This document shows, in pieces, positions 8,383-17,618 of a stretch of DNA of 26,681 bases; position 1 is the stretch's first letter, and the number at the start of each line of letters is the position of its first letter. Below the pieces are notes generated by a model. That model worked only from the letters and a program-made list of their open reading frames with translations. It made no database searches and was not told where the DNA came from. Source of the DNA: a virus (lineage: Duplodnaviria > Heunggongvirae > Uroviricota > Caudoviricetes); IMG/VR virus record IMGVR_UViG_2718217859_000002; one strand, given 5' to 3'. A program made the translations under genes and the position numbers.

Positions 8383-8598
8383 ATGCAAAATCTCATTCTA
8401 AAGAATGGTAATGAAGAATTGATTATCACTAATGAAGCATTCAACGCTACGGCTTATATGTTGGGAATCACTCCCACAGAATTGAAAAAACATTGTGATA
8501 AGCTTTTTAAGTCTGCTGATGAACAGAAACCTACTATGCAGGATCTGATTAAAGCAAAAGCAGAACAAATCAAACAATCCAAAAAAGGAAACAATTAA
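8383..8598 (+). CDS. hypothetical small protein (71 aa)
   Basis: AAGGTAAAG SD upstream; first gene of structural cluster. Confidence 0.45.
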   Translation: MQNLILKNGNEELIITNEAFNATAYMLGITPTELKKHCDKLFKSADEQKPTMQDLIKAKAEQIKQSKKGNN

Positions 8599-8601
8599 TT
8601 T

Positions 8602-8973
8602 ATGGCTATTATTAATATGAGCGATCTGTTTCCAGTTCGCAAATCATTTACCGATATCGTTTCATATGCAACTGATGAGTTCGGTTGTGTGCAATCTTTT
8701 ACCGTTGATCTGGCGGTTGATGTTGAATGTGGCGATCTGATTACCAGTGACGGCGCTGAATATGTAAGCGGCGGCGATGTTCTTGTCGTTGTGTCTGATG
8801 CGGTATCCGCTGGCGACGCTAAAACCGTTAACGTGCTGCGTAGCAATGCCGGACTGGTTTGCATCAAATCCGATGCTCTGAATGTTGAAGGCGCTGTGAA
8901 AGAAGCCGCTATTGCTGCCCTGGCTGCAAAAGGTTTCCAGATGGCTGGCTTTAATACTGTATTCACATCTTAA
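8602..8973 (+). CDS. putative head decoration-like / minor virion protein (123 aa)
   Basis: Beta-rich V/D/A/G/S composition; sits immediately upstream of the capsid-like gene (decoration-then-capsid order as in lambda D-E). Homology not verified. Confidence 0.4.
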   Translation: MAIINMSDLFPVRKSFTDIVSYATDEFGCVQSFTVDLAVDVECGDLITSDGAEYVSGGDVLVVVSDAVSAGDAKTVNVLRSNAGLVCIKSDALNVEGAVKEAAIAALAAKGFQMAGFNTVFTS

Positions 8974-8991
8974 TATAAAGGAATAAAAATA

Positions 8992-10020
8992 ATGATTATT
9001 GGTAATGAATCCGTCGATCTGGCTCCGCTGTTTAGTCTGCACGACTCTCGCAACTTCCTGTTAACTTCTCTCGACTTTACTGATCCGGTAGGTGTGAGTT
9101 CTCATAAAGTGGCTGTTAGCCAACTGGTGGAAACTAACGAATCTCTGTTCAACAAAGAAACCTCTCGTTTCTCTTCTGAACATAACGTGACTAAACGTGA
9201 ACAGGGTAAAGAATTTTTAGTAGAGATCCCCTACTTCCTGCGTGAAGATATGATTAAGCCGCAAGACGTGCAAGGCAAACGTAAGCCAGGCGCTACCGTT
9301 GAAGAAACTCTGACAGATATCTACGCGGAATATGTTGCTAAGCACCACATTGCTTTCCAGCGTACTAAAGAGAGCGTGCTGGCTGCTTCCCTGTTTAGTG
9401 GTCGCACCTACACCCCTAAAACTGACGATGTGCTGATCCAGTGGGGCGATCTGTTCAGTGCTGTTCCGATGACTGCAACCATCGACGCATCAAGCACCAC
9501 ACCTTCTATGGTGTTCCAGCAATTCGATCAGATGCATACAGACGTTATCACTAAAGCACAAAGCCAGGCGGCTGCTGTAGAGCGTATCGTTGTATTCTGT
9601 AAACCTGCCGCTTTCAACGCTATCCGTTACAGTGCTGGCATGGTTAACGCGTTCCAGTATGCAAGCCCTACCGACGACGCAAACATCGTTTATAGCGTGC
9701 GCTCCCTGCTGCCAGGTGTGACTACCTTCACTATTCCAGGGACTAATATCGATATCGTCAAAGTTACCGATCCGCTGCTGCTGGCGCATATGACTTCTGA
9801 TGCGGTGGCTGTTCCGAAGTTCGCTAAAGGCTCTAACGTCTATCAGAACATTTTCGGCGCTCCGTCTTCAACGTTCGACCTGCTGAATTCTGGATCGGCT
9901 GAATATTACAGCTATGCATTTAGCCCAGCACGTAACGACGCTGTAAACGTAGTTACCGAGAATAGCCAGATGGTTGTAAACCACGGCGTAGGCTTCACTG
10001 TACAGATCACAGTAGCGTAA
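8992..10020 (+). CDS. putative major capsid protein (342 aa; lambda gpE-like size and architecture)
   Basis: Size, position and a 30-aa helix-prone segment (TLTDIYAEYVAKHHIAFQRTKESVLAASLF) compatible with an HK97-fold spine helix; strong SD. Inference, not search-based. Confidence 0.5.
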   Translation: MIIGNESVDLAPLFSLHDSRNFLLTSLDFTDPVGVSSHKVAVSQLVETNESLFNKETSRFSSEHNVTKREQGKEFLVEIPYFLREDMIKPQDVQGKRKPGATVEETLTDIYAEYVAKHHIAFQRTKESVLAASLFSGRTYTPKTDDVLIQWGDLFSAVPMTATIDASSTTPSMVFQQFDQMHTDVITKAQSQAAAVERIVVFCKPAAFNAIRYSAGMVNAFQYASPTDDANIVYSVRSLLPGVTTFTIPGTNIDIVKVTDPLLLAHMTSDAVAVPKFAKGSNVYQNIFGAPSSTFDLLNSGSAEYYSYAFSPARNDAVNVVTENSQMVVNHGVGFTVQITVA

Positions 10021-10070
10021 TAAAGCGTTAATAGTCGTTTCCTGTGCGACTGGAAATAAAACAGGCAATA

Positions 10071-10137
10071 AGGGCAAAAGGGATTAACTAACCTGTAAAG
10101 CAAATACAGTAACGGATCTCTTTGCCCTTTTTGTTTT
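10071..10137 (+). terminator. structured terminator after capsid-like gene
   Basis: 9-bp stem AGGGCAAAG/CTTTGCCCT enclosing a 39-nt loop with nested CTGTA/TACAG hairpin, then TTTTGTTTT. Confidence 0.45.
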
Positions 10138-10170
10138 CTACCGTTTATTAAATATTGTGAGAGAAAAACC

Positions 10171-10362
10171 ATGAACACACAAAACAACAATCCCGTTGAA
10201 ATCTTGAAAGCTGTTTCCACCTTACCGGAAGATATTCTGAATATCTCTCAAGTATGCAAGTTTTTAGGGATCTCTAATACCGCTGTACGTCAAAGAATCT
10301 TTGCTACTGGCTGTTCCGCTATGGAAGCAGTGCAATATTACGTAGCAAAACAAAATAAGTAA
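10171..10362 (+). CDS. small HTH DNA-binding protein (63 aa)
   Basis: ISQVCKFLGISNTAVRQRIF helix-turn-helix pattern. Confidence 0.45.
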   Translation: MNTQNNNPVEILKAVSTLPEDILNISQVCKFLGISNTAVRQRIFATGCSAMEAVQYYVAKQNK

Positions 10363-10380
10363 AAGATAAAGGAAAATATT

Positions 10381-12222
10381 ATGGATCTGAATATCTCAAC
10401 CTTAACAAACAAGGTTGTATTTAAGGTGGATTTTGCATCATTACAGAAAGCACGCGATGCAGGTAAGAAATTCCAGAAAGAAATGGAAAACCTAACCAAT
10501 CCAACATTGAAAGGGAAGAAGGCTAAACGAGCTATAGACGATGCTAACGATCTGGTAAAAGCCCGTAAAGCTACACAGGCTAAAGCTGATGCCAAAGCGT
10601 CAGACAAGCAAGCTCAAACCGATAAGAAGAACGCTGATAAGGTGGCAAAGGCAGAAGCTAAAGCGAAGGCTAAAGCCGCTATAGCTGCCGATAAACAGAT
10701 CCGCGCTAAAGCAACGATAGCAGAGAAGGCAGAGATTAAACGCCAGCAAGCTTTTAGACAGCTTGAAGGCATCAAGAAAGGGCGTATGGGTGACGGTATG
10801 GACTCCGCCCAATACTACAAAACATTACAATACATCAAACAACAAACGGCAGCTTACGAGAAAGGCGCTATTAGTCAGGCTAAGATGAATCACCTGATCC
10901 GTGATCGCATCACGTTAGAACGCCGTGCGGCTGCTGTTAAAGCTCGCCAGGTGGCGGCTGATGGCGGTAAATATCCACATATGGCTAAACAGCTTAAAGG
11001 TGGTCATATAGGCGGTGGTGTAGGTGCAATGGTGGGCGGTGCTGCTCTCACTGCTGCTACTCTCGGCGGTGCTGCGATATTCAATACCGTAACCGATCAG
11101 GCAAGCAAGATCACAGACACTAACCGCAAGGCAAAAGCTGTTAACGTCAACACTAACGCCCTGTTAGCACTCAACCAGTACGGCTTAGAGCACGGGGTAG
11201 ATAGTTCCGTTGATCAACGTCAAGATAACCTTAAAGACGTTCAAGAACGTTTAGGCGAGACGATAGGGAATACTAAGTGGGATGCTAAAAAGGGTCGCTG
11301 GGCGGGGGGTAACGGTGCCGTTGATAACATCCTTAACAAATATGGTTGGAGTCCTGAACAGGTTAAAGGTTTCCAAACTGATCCATTAGGTTTCCTGGGT
11401 GCTGTAGTGAAAGAAGGCGAACGCCGTGGACTCTCTGACCAGGAGCAGGGTCACATGCTCGAAGACCTTGGAAATGATTTACAATATTTCCGTGGGGCTT
11501 TCAGTCGTAACGGTGAAGAGTTAAATAAAACTCTCGTTAAGATGCAACAAGCCAACGCCACCTATACACAAGCGGATCTTGACGCTGCTGAACGTCTGCA
11601 AGCTGTACAGGCTAATATGAATATGGCCTGGGAAGGTAGTAAGAAAGCTATCATGACGGGATTCGGTGAAGAGTTCGACGCTCAAGCTGGTGAAGAGTGG
11701 GCGCAAATGTTGAAAGATCTCAATCCTCTGTTTAAAGAACTTGGAAGCTCAACGGCTGAAATGATGAGTGCCTTTGCTGGTGCTGTATCGTGGCTTACTG
11801 CTGCATACCAGAATATAAATCCAGAGAACAAACATGAAAACCTTGATTCGTCCGGTATGTATTATAAGGACTCGTTTGTAGGTGGTATGGTTGATTGGGG
11901 TCGTAGTGCTTTAGGCTTATCGCCTATCCCTGGCACGGAAGACAAGCCAACAACTGGCGGAACTGCAATTCAGAACTATGCAAGCCCGTCCGAGAACGTG
12001 CAATCCCTGAAACAGAACGTTAGCCGTGATCTGAACACTACCCCATCTATGACGTATGCGCCAAGCATTGTCGTAAACGTGCCAGAAAGTAAGGTTGATG
12101 TGAATATCGCCCCTGATGGCTCTCAGCTTGGATCATACCTCGACTACAAAGTGGGAAGTATCCAACAAGATTTTGAACGTAGTTTCACGTTGGCGGCTCT
12201 GTCTGGGCAAGCACCAAGTTAA
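10381..12222 (+). CDS. large coiled-coil protein with Gly-rich hydrophobic segment (613 aa), tape-measure/pilot-like
   Basis: K/A/E-rich N-terminal coiled coil; GGHIGGGVGAMVGGAALTAATLGGAAIF segment; AAGGAAAA SD. Confidence 0.55.
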   Translation: MDLNISTLTNKVVFKVDFASLQKARDAGKKFQKEMENLTNPTLKGKKAKRAIDDANDLVKARKATQAKADAKASDKQAQTDKKNADKVAKAEAKAKAKAAIAADKQIRAKATIAEKAEIKRQQAFRQLEGIKKGRMGDGMDSAQYYKTLQYIKQQTAAYEKGAISQAKMNHLIRDRITLERRAAAVKARQVAADGGKYPHMAKQLKGGHIGGGVGAMVGGAALTAATLGGAAIFNTVTDQASKITDTNRKAKAVNVNTNALLALNQYGLEHGVDSSVDQRQDNLKDVQERLGETIGNTKWDAKKGRWAGGNGAVDNILNKYGWSPEQVKGFQTDPLGFLGAVVKEGERRGLSDQEQGHMLEDLGNDLQYFRGAFSRNGEELNKTLVKMQQANATYTQADLDAAERLQAVQANMNMAWEGSKKAIMTGFGEEFDAQAGEEWAQMLKDLNPLFKELGSSTAEMMSAFAGAVSWLTAAYQNINPENKHENLDSSGMYYKDSFVGGMVDWGRSALGLSPIPGTEDKPTTGGTAIQNYASPSENVQSLKQNVSRDLNTTPSMTYAPSIVVNVPESKVDVNIAPDGSQLGSYLDYKVGSIQQDFERSFTLAALSGQAPS

Positions 12223-12280
12223 TGATAAAGAGAATGTTTAATCACAATCTAAAACACTCTTATAAGGAATTAAGCATATA

Positions 12281-12314
12281 AGAGGCTCCCATTACAAGGA
12301 AGCCTCTTTATTGC
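12281..12314. terminator. hairpin terminator between convergent genes
   Basis: AGAGGCTCC-attacaa-GGAAGCCTCT then TTTATTG. Confidence 0.5.
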
Positions 12315-12329
12315 GCCTATGGCGTTGTT

Positions 12330-13550
12330 TTAAGCCTTAAAATCAATATTTAATTCATATCTTACTAATTCTACATATTCAGCTAATTCTTGAATGCTTG
12401 CCCCTTGTGAGTAGGTGCGAAAGGCTTCTGTTTTAGCTATCTGCTCTGTATGTCCGGTAATGGCTCCGATCCGCTGTTCAGGCACTCCTGCACGATCAAG
12501 ACAAGTGATAAACATCCCGCGCAAGCTGTGAAAGCATTGTCTATTTGTAGCGATTGGCAAGACGCTACGACGTAAACGTGAGAATGCTTGAGAATAGAAC
12601 GGGCCTTTCTTACCGTCGATTCTTTTTACTTTGTTCGAGTGAGGGAACAAATATTCACCATAATTATGATTTAAATATTCATCGACAATAATCGATAGTC
12701 TCGAATGTATCGGAACGTGTCTGATCCCTGCTTTAGTCTTACTTTTGCTGATATAAAAACAGCGTATTCCTTCCACAGTTACAACCTCTGACTTTTTCAG
12801 AGTTGCCAGTTCGTCTAATCTGCATCCTGAAAACAAGCCCATTAAAATAATATTTCTGATCTCCGGCTCCGCTGCATCAAGTAGCTTTTGCATTTGTTCA
12901 GGTGTAAACGGTTGATAACTCTCGATTGTGCGACGTGCTTCGAGGTTATGACCGTGAAAAGGGTTACTGTCTGGTATTCCGTCATAACGGCGTTTAGCAA
13001 ATTCATAGAGCGATCCTAAGCATGTAAGCCAGTTTTGACGAGATTGATCGGCTGCTCCTCGTTGCTTCTGGTCATCTAAGAATACTGTTACAAGCCGTCT
13101 GCCTATTTTCTCAATATGAATATCATCTTTCTGAATGCTTTGTAAAAATAGCTCAACGGCCCTTGCTGATTTCTGTAGTGTTGAGTATGAACGACGCTCT
13201 CTGTAGCATTCGGCGTATTCGTCACGTATTAGGCACAGGGAAGGCGGTGCATAACCGCGTTTTACAGCTCTTTGCGTGTTTTTATTGGCACTTGCCTCTG
13301 AATGTAAGGATTCAATAGCTTTTTGTAACCTCCTTTCGGGGTTATCAGGATTATGTTTCCGCTTTAGTTCCTCCCATTCTAATAACAGATGGTTTCTGAA
13401 TCTTCTCGCCTCATTCAGATCTCGTGTAGATGTGCTTTTTCTCCACAACTTGTAAGGGTAAAGATGGCGTAAGTATTTAGGAACAAAAATCTGAAACATC
13501 CAGATCCCATCTTTTCTCTTAAATAAGTATGCTTGGCTCTTGATCGACAC
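12330..13550 (-). CDS. int: tyrosine integrase of element 1 (406 aa), GTG start
   Basis: C-terminal HSLRGMFITCLDRAGV...GHT...Y catalytic-like motifs; N-terminal YLFKRKDGIWMF arm-binding-like hairpin; GAGGA SD. Confidence 0.85.
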   Translation of the reverse strand: MSIKSQAYLFKRKDGIWMFQIFVPKYLRHLYPYKLWRKSTSTRDLNEARRFRNHLLLEWEELKRKHNPDNPERRLQKAIESLHSEASANKNTQRAVKRGYAPPSLCLIRDEYAECYRERRSYSTLQKSARAVELFLQSIQKDDIHIEKIGRRLVTVFLDDQKQRGAADQSRQNWLTCLGSLYEFAKRRYDGIPDSNPFHGHNLEARRTIESYQPFTPEQMQKLLDAAEPEIRNIILMGLFSGCRLDELATLKKSEVVTVEGIRCFYISKSKTKAGIRHVPIHSRLSIIVDEYLNHNYGEYLFPHSNKVKRIDGKKGPFYSQAFSRLRRSVLPIATNRQCFHSLRGMFITCLDRAGVPEQRIGAITGHTEQIAKTEAFRTYSQGASIQELAEYVELVRYELNIDFKA

Positions 13551-13635
13551 GATAATGATCCTCTATTATCACGTAATCAGTTACCTATGATTGATCACAA
13601 AATCTTTATTTTACAGCAGGTTATTGTGGGTTTCC

Positions 13636-13657
13636 TCGATTCCCTTCGCCCGCTCCA
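13636..13657 (+). other. att core: 22-nt fragment matching the 3' end of tRNA-Gly(CCC) (TCGATTCCCTTCGCCCGCTCCA)
   Basis: Ends in CCA; acceptor 3' strand CGCCCGC pairs with the GCGGGCG 5' end of tRNA-Gly; matches my recollection of E. coli glyU. No 5' tRNA body present. Confidence 0.6.
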
Positions 13658-13821
13658 AACAAACATTTCTCAACGTCTACTAAAGTCCATCAAACCCACG
13701 AATATCAAGCCTTCCAGGCATTTTCATAGTTTATTAACGTCTACTCACAACTACCAGAATCTACACACAGAAGTGTATAGTAATGCGTATAGGACAAAAT
13801 TTATTTTTTGGAGCTATACAC

Positions 13822-15036
13822 ATGCTGCTTTCAGACCTTGCCATCAGGCGCGCGAAGCCGAAAGAAAAGGCTTATACACTCAATGACGGTAACGGGCTTT
13901 CGTTGCTCATTGAGCCGAACGGTTCGAAAGGGTGGCGACTGCGCTACAGGTTTGCAGGAAAGCCCAAAATGTTGTCGTTGGGTGTGTACCCTGATGTGTC
14001 TCTGTCTGATGCCAGGGCGGCAAGGGATGAGGCTAAAAGGCTTCTTGCTGGTGGTATAAATCCAAGTGAGGCCAGAAAAGCCCAAAAGCGAGAACAGGCG
14101 AGCAAATTTGGCAATACTTTTGAGGGTATTGCTCGCGAATGGTACGAAAAGCGGATCGACAGGTGGTCATCGTCATACGCCGAGGAAATGATCGAGACGT
14201 TTGAAAAAGATGTTTTTCCGTACATTGGCGGTAGGCCGATCGCAGAAATTAAGCCGATGGAATTGCTGGCGGTTCTTTCCCGTCTTAATGACCGTGGTGC
14301 GACTGAAAAATTGCGTAAGGTTCGCCAGCGATGCGGCGAGGTGTTCCGGTACGCAATCATCACCGGACGCGCCGAATATAATCCAGCCCCTGACCTGGTG
14401 AGCGCATTTGCTCCACATAAAAAAGAGCATTACGCCTATTTGAAGGCCGACGAACTGCCGGAATTTTTCCGCGTTTTTAATACGTACACCGGAAGCCAGA
14501 TCGTCAAACTGGCAATGCGGCTATTAATTCTGACAGGTGTCAGACCCGGGGAATTACGGCAGGCAGAATGGCAGGAGATCGATTTTGATAATCGTTTGTG
14601 GGAAGTGCCTAAAGAACGAATGAAGATGCGCCGTCCGCATTGTGTGCCATTACCAGAACAGGCGATAAAAATACTGGAGCAGTTAAAAAACATGACAGGC
14701 CAGTATCAGTTTATTTTCCCCGGTCGTATTCACCACAGTAAGCCAATGAGTGAAATGGCGATGAATGTGCTCATTCGTCGTATCGGCTATGCCGGGCGCG
14801 TTACTGGTCATGGATTCCGGCACACCATGAGCACCATTTTGCATGAGCAGGGCTATAACACCGCGTGGATAGAGACGCAGCTCGCACACGTCGATAAAAA
14901 CTCAATTCGTGGCACATACAACCATGCGCAATATCTGGATGGTCGCCGGGAGATGCTCCAGTGGTATGCCGACTATATGGATTCGCTCGAGCATGGCGGA
15001 AATGTGGTGCATGGTGAGTTCGGAAAATGCGGGTGA
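13822..15036 (+). CDS. int: P4-type tyrosine integrase of element 2 (405 aa)
   Basis: N-terminal LSDLAIRRAKPKEKAYTLNDGNGLSLLIEPNGSKGWRLRYRF arm-binding domain typical of P4/CP4-57-type integrases; C-terminal HGFRHT...Y; GGAG SD. Track ORF begins earlier at 13783 without SD. Confidence 0.9.
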   Translation: MLLSDLAIRRAKPKEKAYTLNDGNGLSLLIEPNGSKGWRLRYRFAGKPKMLSLGVYPDVSLSDARAARDEAKRLLAGGINPSEARKAQKREQASKFGNTFEGIAREWYEKRIDRWSSSYAEEMIETFEKDVFPYIGGRPIAEIKPMELLAVLSRLNDRGATEKLRKVRQRCGEVFRYAIITGRAEYNPAPDLVSAFAPHKKEHYAYLKADELPEFFRVFNTYTGSQIVKLAMRLLILTGVRPGELRQAEWQEIDFDNRLWEVPKERMKMRRPHCVPLPEQAIKILEQLKNMTGQYQFIFPGRIHHSKPMSEMAMNVLIRRIGYAGRVTGHGFRHTMSTILHEQGYNTAWIETQLAHVDKNSIRGTYNHAQYLDGRREMLQWYADYMDSLEHGGNVVHGEFGKCG

Positions 15037-15134
15037 CTGGTTGAGTATACAGTAGTAGACTTTGAGCACCTAAAAAGGCTGATGCAAACAGAGCTGGATC
15101 GGCCTTAACATTAGACCGCTTGAAGGGGGAGAAT

Positions 15135-15848
15135 ATGCCAATTGTGGAAAACATTCCTGACTTATCCCACTGGCGAACAGTACAGGAGTTTTCTATCACC
15201 CAGGCCGCTTTATTGTTGGCCGGAATTGATCCTTATGATTACCCTACTCTTGAACATGTCAGAGATAATAAACATGAACGTTGGAAAATGGCATGGGGGT
15301 TGGCTAATGGAATGGTAACAGCCATCCGTCGTGGTGTCTTAACTCCTGTTGAATGTACCTCTGAAATAGTTGAGTACGATAATTGGGGAAATGTTTGTGA
15401 TATTGAGTACAAACGTCTGACATCAGCGCAACTGACCGATCGTGCATATGAGATAAGCAAGGATAAAACTTTAATTAGTCGCCATTCTTTATATGAGTGG
15501 ATAAAAAATGAGAGCGTTGATTTTGCGAGATGCCCTCGCCCTATACCTGTTAAGGAAGTTAATCCGCCAGCAATCATTGAATCATCTCATCAGGTAATTA
15601 ATCCTGACGAGTATTTGTGTACTTATGGGCATAAGAGTGATGGGTTGGAGTATGTGCAGGATGCTATAAGGGAACTATGGTCGACGTATGACCCAGATGA
15701 CCCACAGACGGCTCCGACAGAGCATGAGGTACTTGAATATTTGAAAAAAAGGGGGGCGGGTTCTAATGTTGCTAGGGCTGTGAATCTGATTTTAAGGCCT
15801 GAACATCTGAAGCGTATTGGTAGAAGACCAAAAAAAACAAAAAGTTAA
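15135..15848 (+). CDS. hypothetical cargo protein (238 aa) in integrase-proximal variable region
   Basis: AT-richer than flanking genes; GGGGGAG SD; no recognisable motifs. Confidence 0.55.
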   Translation: MPIVENIPDLSHWRTVQEFSITQAALLLAGIDPYDYPTLEHVRDNKHERWKMAWGLANGMVTAIRRGVLTPVECTSEIVEYDNWGNVCDIEYKRLTSAQLTDRAYEISKDKTLISRHSLYEWIKNESVDFARCPRPIPVKEVNPPAIIESSHQVINPDEYLCTYGHKSDGLEYVQDAIRELWSTYDPDDPQTAPTEHEVLEYLKKRGAGSNVARAVNLILRPEHLKRIGRRPKKTKS

Positions 15849-16107
15849 ATAGTGGTCGCTATTCCAGAAAAATGGTGGTTTCCTTTCAAAAAAAAGTAAC
15901 CACCAATGCAGATTAAATCGTAAGAACAGTAATTTTTCTTCGTGTTTCACGTCAGCATGATACTTAAAATAGTAAACGCCATTATTAAAAAAAGGTGGAG
16001 CTATTTCACTGAAATGGTATTCGCCATTCATAATGGTAAGCATCTATAAATATCACTTTTCTTAATGCAAGCTATGTACACCTTTATAGACGTTACAAGG
16101 TGAATAT

Positions 16108-16305
16108 ATGGCAAACTCTCTTATTCGTTTAACGGAAGTTCAGCGTAGAACTGGATATAGCAAGGCATGGATTTATCGCCTTATGGGGCAAGGTAAATTT
16201 CCTGCATCAGTTAAAATTGGCTCGCGAGCTATTGCTTTCGTTGAGAGTGAAATTGACGAGTGGATTAATCAGCGTATTGCGGAATCACGCGGAACAGCTA
16301 CCTGA
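16108..16305 (+). CDS. alpA: AlpA-family phage regulatory protein (65 aa)
   Basis: LTEVQRRTGYSKAWIYRLMGQGKFP...ESEIDEWI matches the AlpA HTH signature; AAGGTG SD. Confidence 0.85.
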   Translation: MANSLIRLTEVQRRTGYSKAWIYRLMGQGKFPASVKIGSRAIAFVESEIDEWINQRIAESRGTAT

Positions 16306-16382
16306 TTAAATGGCTACGGGGCTATTGCCCCCAGCTATCCACCAGCAAATAAAAGTAACTTAATTCGATAGCAGGAGTTTTT

Positions 16383-17231
16383 ATGAAATTTCCAAAAACG
16401 CCCGTACAGGGGCAGGGCTTCGTTCGGCCTGAAAACCAGAATCTGCAAAATTTCGGCGATATTATCCCGGTTATTTCCGGTGTTATTGGCGGGCGTGAAA
16501 CCAATATTGTTAGCGCCAGAGCGTTGCATAAGGCGCTGGGTGTGAAGCGTGATTTCACAACCTGGATTAAAGGACGCATTGATGAGTACGGATTTAAAAA
16601 TGGCGTGGATTTTGAAGTTGTAGAAAATTTGTACTTTGATTCCCCGAAACGGGGGAACCAAAGTGTAAATATTGAACAGTTTGATTCTGATTGGACAACA
16701 AAGCGCGGCGGTGATCGTCGCAGTGAAGAGTATTTGATCTCCACGAACATGGCGAAAGAACTGGCGATGGTCGAACGCACCGAACAGGGCCGCGCCGTTC
16801 GTCAGTACTTCATCAAATGCGAGGAGGAGCTACACAAGGTAGCGCCAGTGCGTTCCGCAGCGTTACGCAGGGAACTGAAAGCCCGTATCACCGTTGCCAG
16901 CTACTTTAAGCCGATGTGCGCCGCGCTGGAGGCGTACCGGGCTGAACTGGGTAAAAACACACTCCAGCACCACTACACCACGGAAGCCAATATGCTGGCG
17001 CGTATCGTGCTGGGTGGCATGACTGCAAAACAGTGGGCGCAGGCGAACGGCATCACAGGCGAACCACGCGACCACATGAGCACGTTGCAGCTTGAGCACC
17101 TTTCTTACCTTGAGCAGAGCAATATCACGCTGATTGAGTTAGGCCAGGACTACCACCAGCGGAAGGCTGAATTAATTCGTCTTTCGCAGCGTTGGTTAGC
17201 CCGTCGCATGGAGGAAAACAGCCATGTGTAA
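16383..17231 (+). CDS. phage antirepressor-like protein (282 aa)
   Basis: Motif-level resemblance to AntA/KilA-C type antirepressors; AGGAG SD. Confidence 0.5.
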   Translation: MKFPKTPVQGQGFVRPENQNLQNFGDIIPVISGVIGGRETNIVSARALHKALGVKRDFTTWIKGRIDEYGFKNGVDFEVVENLYFDSPKRGNQSVNIEQFDSDWTTKRGGDRRSEEYLISTNMAKELAMVERTEQGRAVRQYFIKCEEELHKVAPVRSAALRRELKARITVASYFKPMCAALEAYRAELGKNTLQHHYTTEANMLARIVLGGMTAKQWAQANGITGEPRDHMSTLQLEHLSYLEQSNITLIELGQDYHQRKAELIRLSQRWLARRMEENSHV

Positions 17232-17618
17232 CGCTCTGACCGTTACAAAAAGAGAAAGCGCCCCGTTGCCGGAGCGCCTTTGTGAACGAATTACCTACAG
17301 CACCGCGATGTTTGCTATGTGGGTGAATTTTAGCGACAAGTTCGTTCAATGTGAAGGCACTGATCACCGTTACTACAGCACGCCAGAAATGCAGAATATT
17401 TTGCTGCAAAATGCCGTTGGCCACGCTGTCCGGAAAGCAAAAAATTTTGCTGGTGGCGCGACTGATGCGATTTTGTCAGGTCGCCAGGTGCTGATCAATC
17501 TGATGTCTGATTTCGTTCTGGATAAAACAAAGGCGACCGCAGAGAGCCGCCAGTGGAAAAGCTACATACTTGAACGCATCACCAACAATGCCACATTTGC
17601 GGCTGGTGGGCAATGTGA

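Noticed and set aside
8595-9042. Minus-strand ORFs (123 and 126 aa) antisense to the decoration-like and capsid-like genes
   Set aside because: Shadow ORFs opposite well-supported plus-strand genes with good SDs and coupling.
13628-13657. A complete tRNA gene at the junction
   Set aside because: Only the 3' T-loop/acceptor/CCA segment is present; the upstream sequence cannot form the D or anticodon arms. Interpreted as an att core remnant.
13533-13886. 117-aa plus ORF spanning the att region
   Set aside because: Runs through the inter-integrase junction and the tRNA-like core, overlaps the int2 start, and has no SD. Likely spurious.
13944-15199. Several minus-strand ORFs (85-139 aa) inside integrase 2
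   Set aside because: Antisense to a gene with strong family-level support; Arg/Ser-rich shadow translations.
16322-16780. Minus-strand ORFs (152 and 108 aa) overlapping the antirepressor-like gene
   Set aside because: Antisense shadow ORFs without SD.
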